A DNA stretch of 63,911 bases, the filler included, from Octopus bimaculoides (lineage: Eukaryota), in NCBI RefSeq assembly GCF_001194135.2. It is 7 parts of 6 records of this genome, joined end to end, with 100 filler letters (N's around TTAATTAATTAA, not from the genome) between each part and the next. Parts side by side here need not be neighbours in the genome. Positions count along the whole stretch, not along the records: positions 60,844 to 63,911 come from NW_026365539.1; 6 more parts are not named here. One strand, 5' to 3'. Made by a program: the position numbers and the translations under genes. Positions 62,891 to 63,911 of the stretch are shown piece by piece (the stretch's first letter is position 1; each line of letters opens with the position of its first letter). The notes beneath the pieces are model-generated. The model was not told the origin of the DNA and did not search any database. It saw only the letters and a program-made list of their open reading frames with translations.

Positions 62891-63739
62891 TCGTTGTTTT
62901 CGCTGGTATGTCTTTAATTAAATAGATAACAAAGGAGGAAGAAGCAGAGATGAGGGTAGCATTTACGATCGTTTCGATTTACTGGTTTAAGTAAATCTCT
63001 TCAGAATGCGAATATAGATAGGTGCATCGGTTAGGATGCGAAAGATAATTGATAGACATTTGATGGTAGTGTAAACAAATTGGTAATTTTTACATTAAAT
63101 TTTTGTTCTTGCGCTGTTAAATTCGCTGAGTAGAGCTTTGTTTGTGGTAGATTGGTTAGTTTCGTTGGGTAATTAGAGCAGGGTGAGTATTATTTAGGTG
63201 CGAAATTCCTAGTTTAATTAACCACATTTTTATTTTCACACACGTGTATTCCATTTTGGAGCTGGTCACACCGGCGGTGCACGTGAAGGGGAGTAACTCT
63301 AACTGGGTGAGAAGGGAGCTAACTCATGGGTGGTTTGAAAATGTGTTACGGCTAATAATTGTCTTATTGCTAGAGTTTAGTAAGTTCTTAGTGCTAGGCG
63401 GGGTCCTGTGTATATGCAAAGAGTATTATTATGGAGTGTTTGGGGCGAGTGGGTCTGCGGGATGACTATTCGTGTGTTTAAAGTGTTACCCAGTTAATTA
63501 GACTTATATAGATGAGTATTCTAGATTGAGGTAATGAAGCCATAGAGGCCTGCATGAGGACAAGAGAGGCTATTCTATCGGTATTTCGAAAATACATTAA
63601 AGGCCCACGTGAAGACAAAAATTGTTATTCTCAAATTTCCTGTGCAGAATTAGGTGCTTAGCCGTAAGTATAGCTAGGCGTTCTGATAGGCAGAGATCGC
63701 AGCGTCTATTTACGGTGCTGTAGGAGGTTGCTTTTCTGA

Positions 63740-63911
63740 GTACACACCGGTGTTGTTGTGTTTACGTCCCTGTAACTTAGCAGTTCGACCAAAGCGACCG
63801 ATAGAATAAGTACCTGGCTTTAAAAATAAATACTGGGGTCGATTCATTCGAGTAAACAATTCAAGGTGGTGTCCCGGCATGGGCGCAGTCTGATGACTTA
63901 AGCAAGTAAAA
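63740..63911 (+). mobile_element. SINE family 1, 3' half
   Basis: gtgtttacgtccctgtaacttag...gatagaataagtacc...ggtggtgtcccggcatgggcgcagtc. Confidence 0.75.

Overview
AT-rich, microsatellite-dense animal genomic DNA. The SINE repertoire and repeat style point to an octopus/coleoid draft assembly (inference). Six 100-bp spacers (44 N + TTAATTAATTAA + 44 N) cut the window into seven separately assembled pieces, so adjacency across them is not reliable. Two host genes are visible. (1) The last four coding exons of a RET-like receptor tyrosine kinase (+, 18397-25123), which splice in frame and keep the YLDL and NxxY docking motifs. (2) Two exons of a HELZ/HELZ2-like UPF1-family SF1 RNA helicase (+, 52689-54094) on a strongly CpG-depleted piece. 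The rest is mobile DNA: RTE, CR1-like and Hero/RLE LINE fragments, a Gypsy integrase-PPT-LTR end, three decayed mariners, LTR-like and Helitron-like pieces, and several tRNA-derived SINE families. The most notable observations are four copies of a short element that joins a Pol III B-box-like head to a minimal hammerhead-ribozyme-like core, a 3' tail shared by the CR1-like LINE and the commonest SINE, a co-oriented array of about 8 SINEs, and a tandem duplication of the end of the kinase CDS that lost its stop codon. I found no CRISPR array, rRNA or true tRNA gene.
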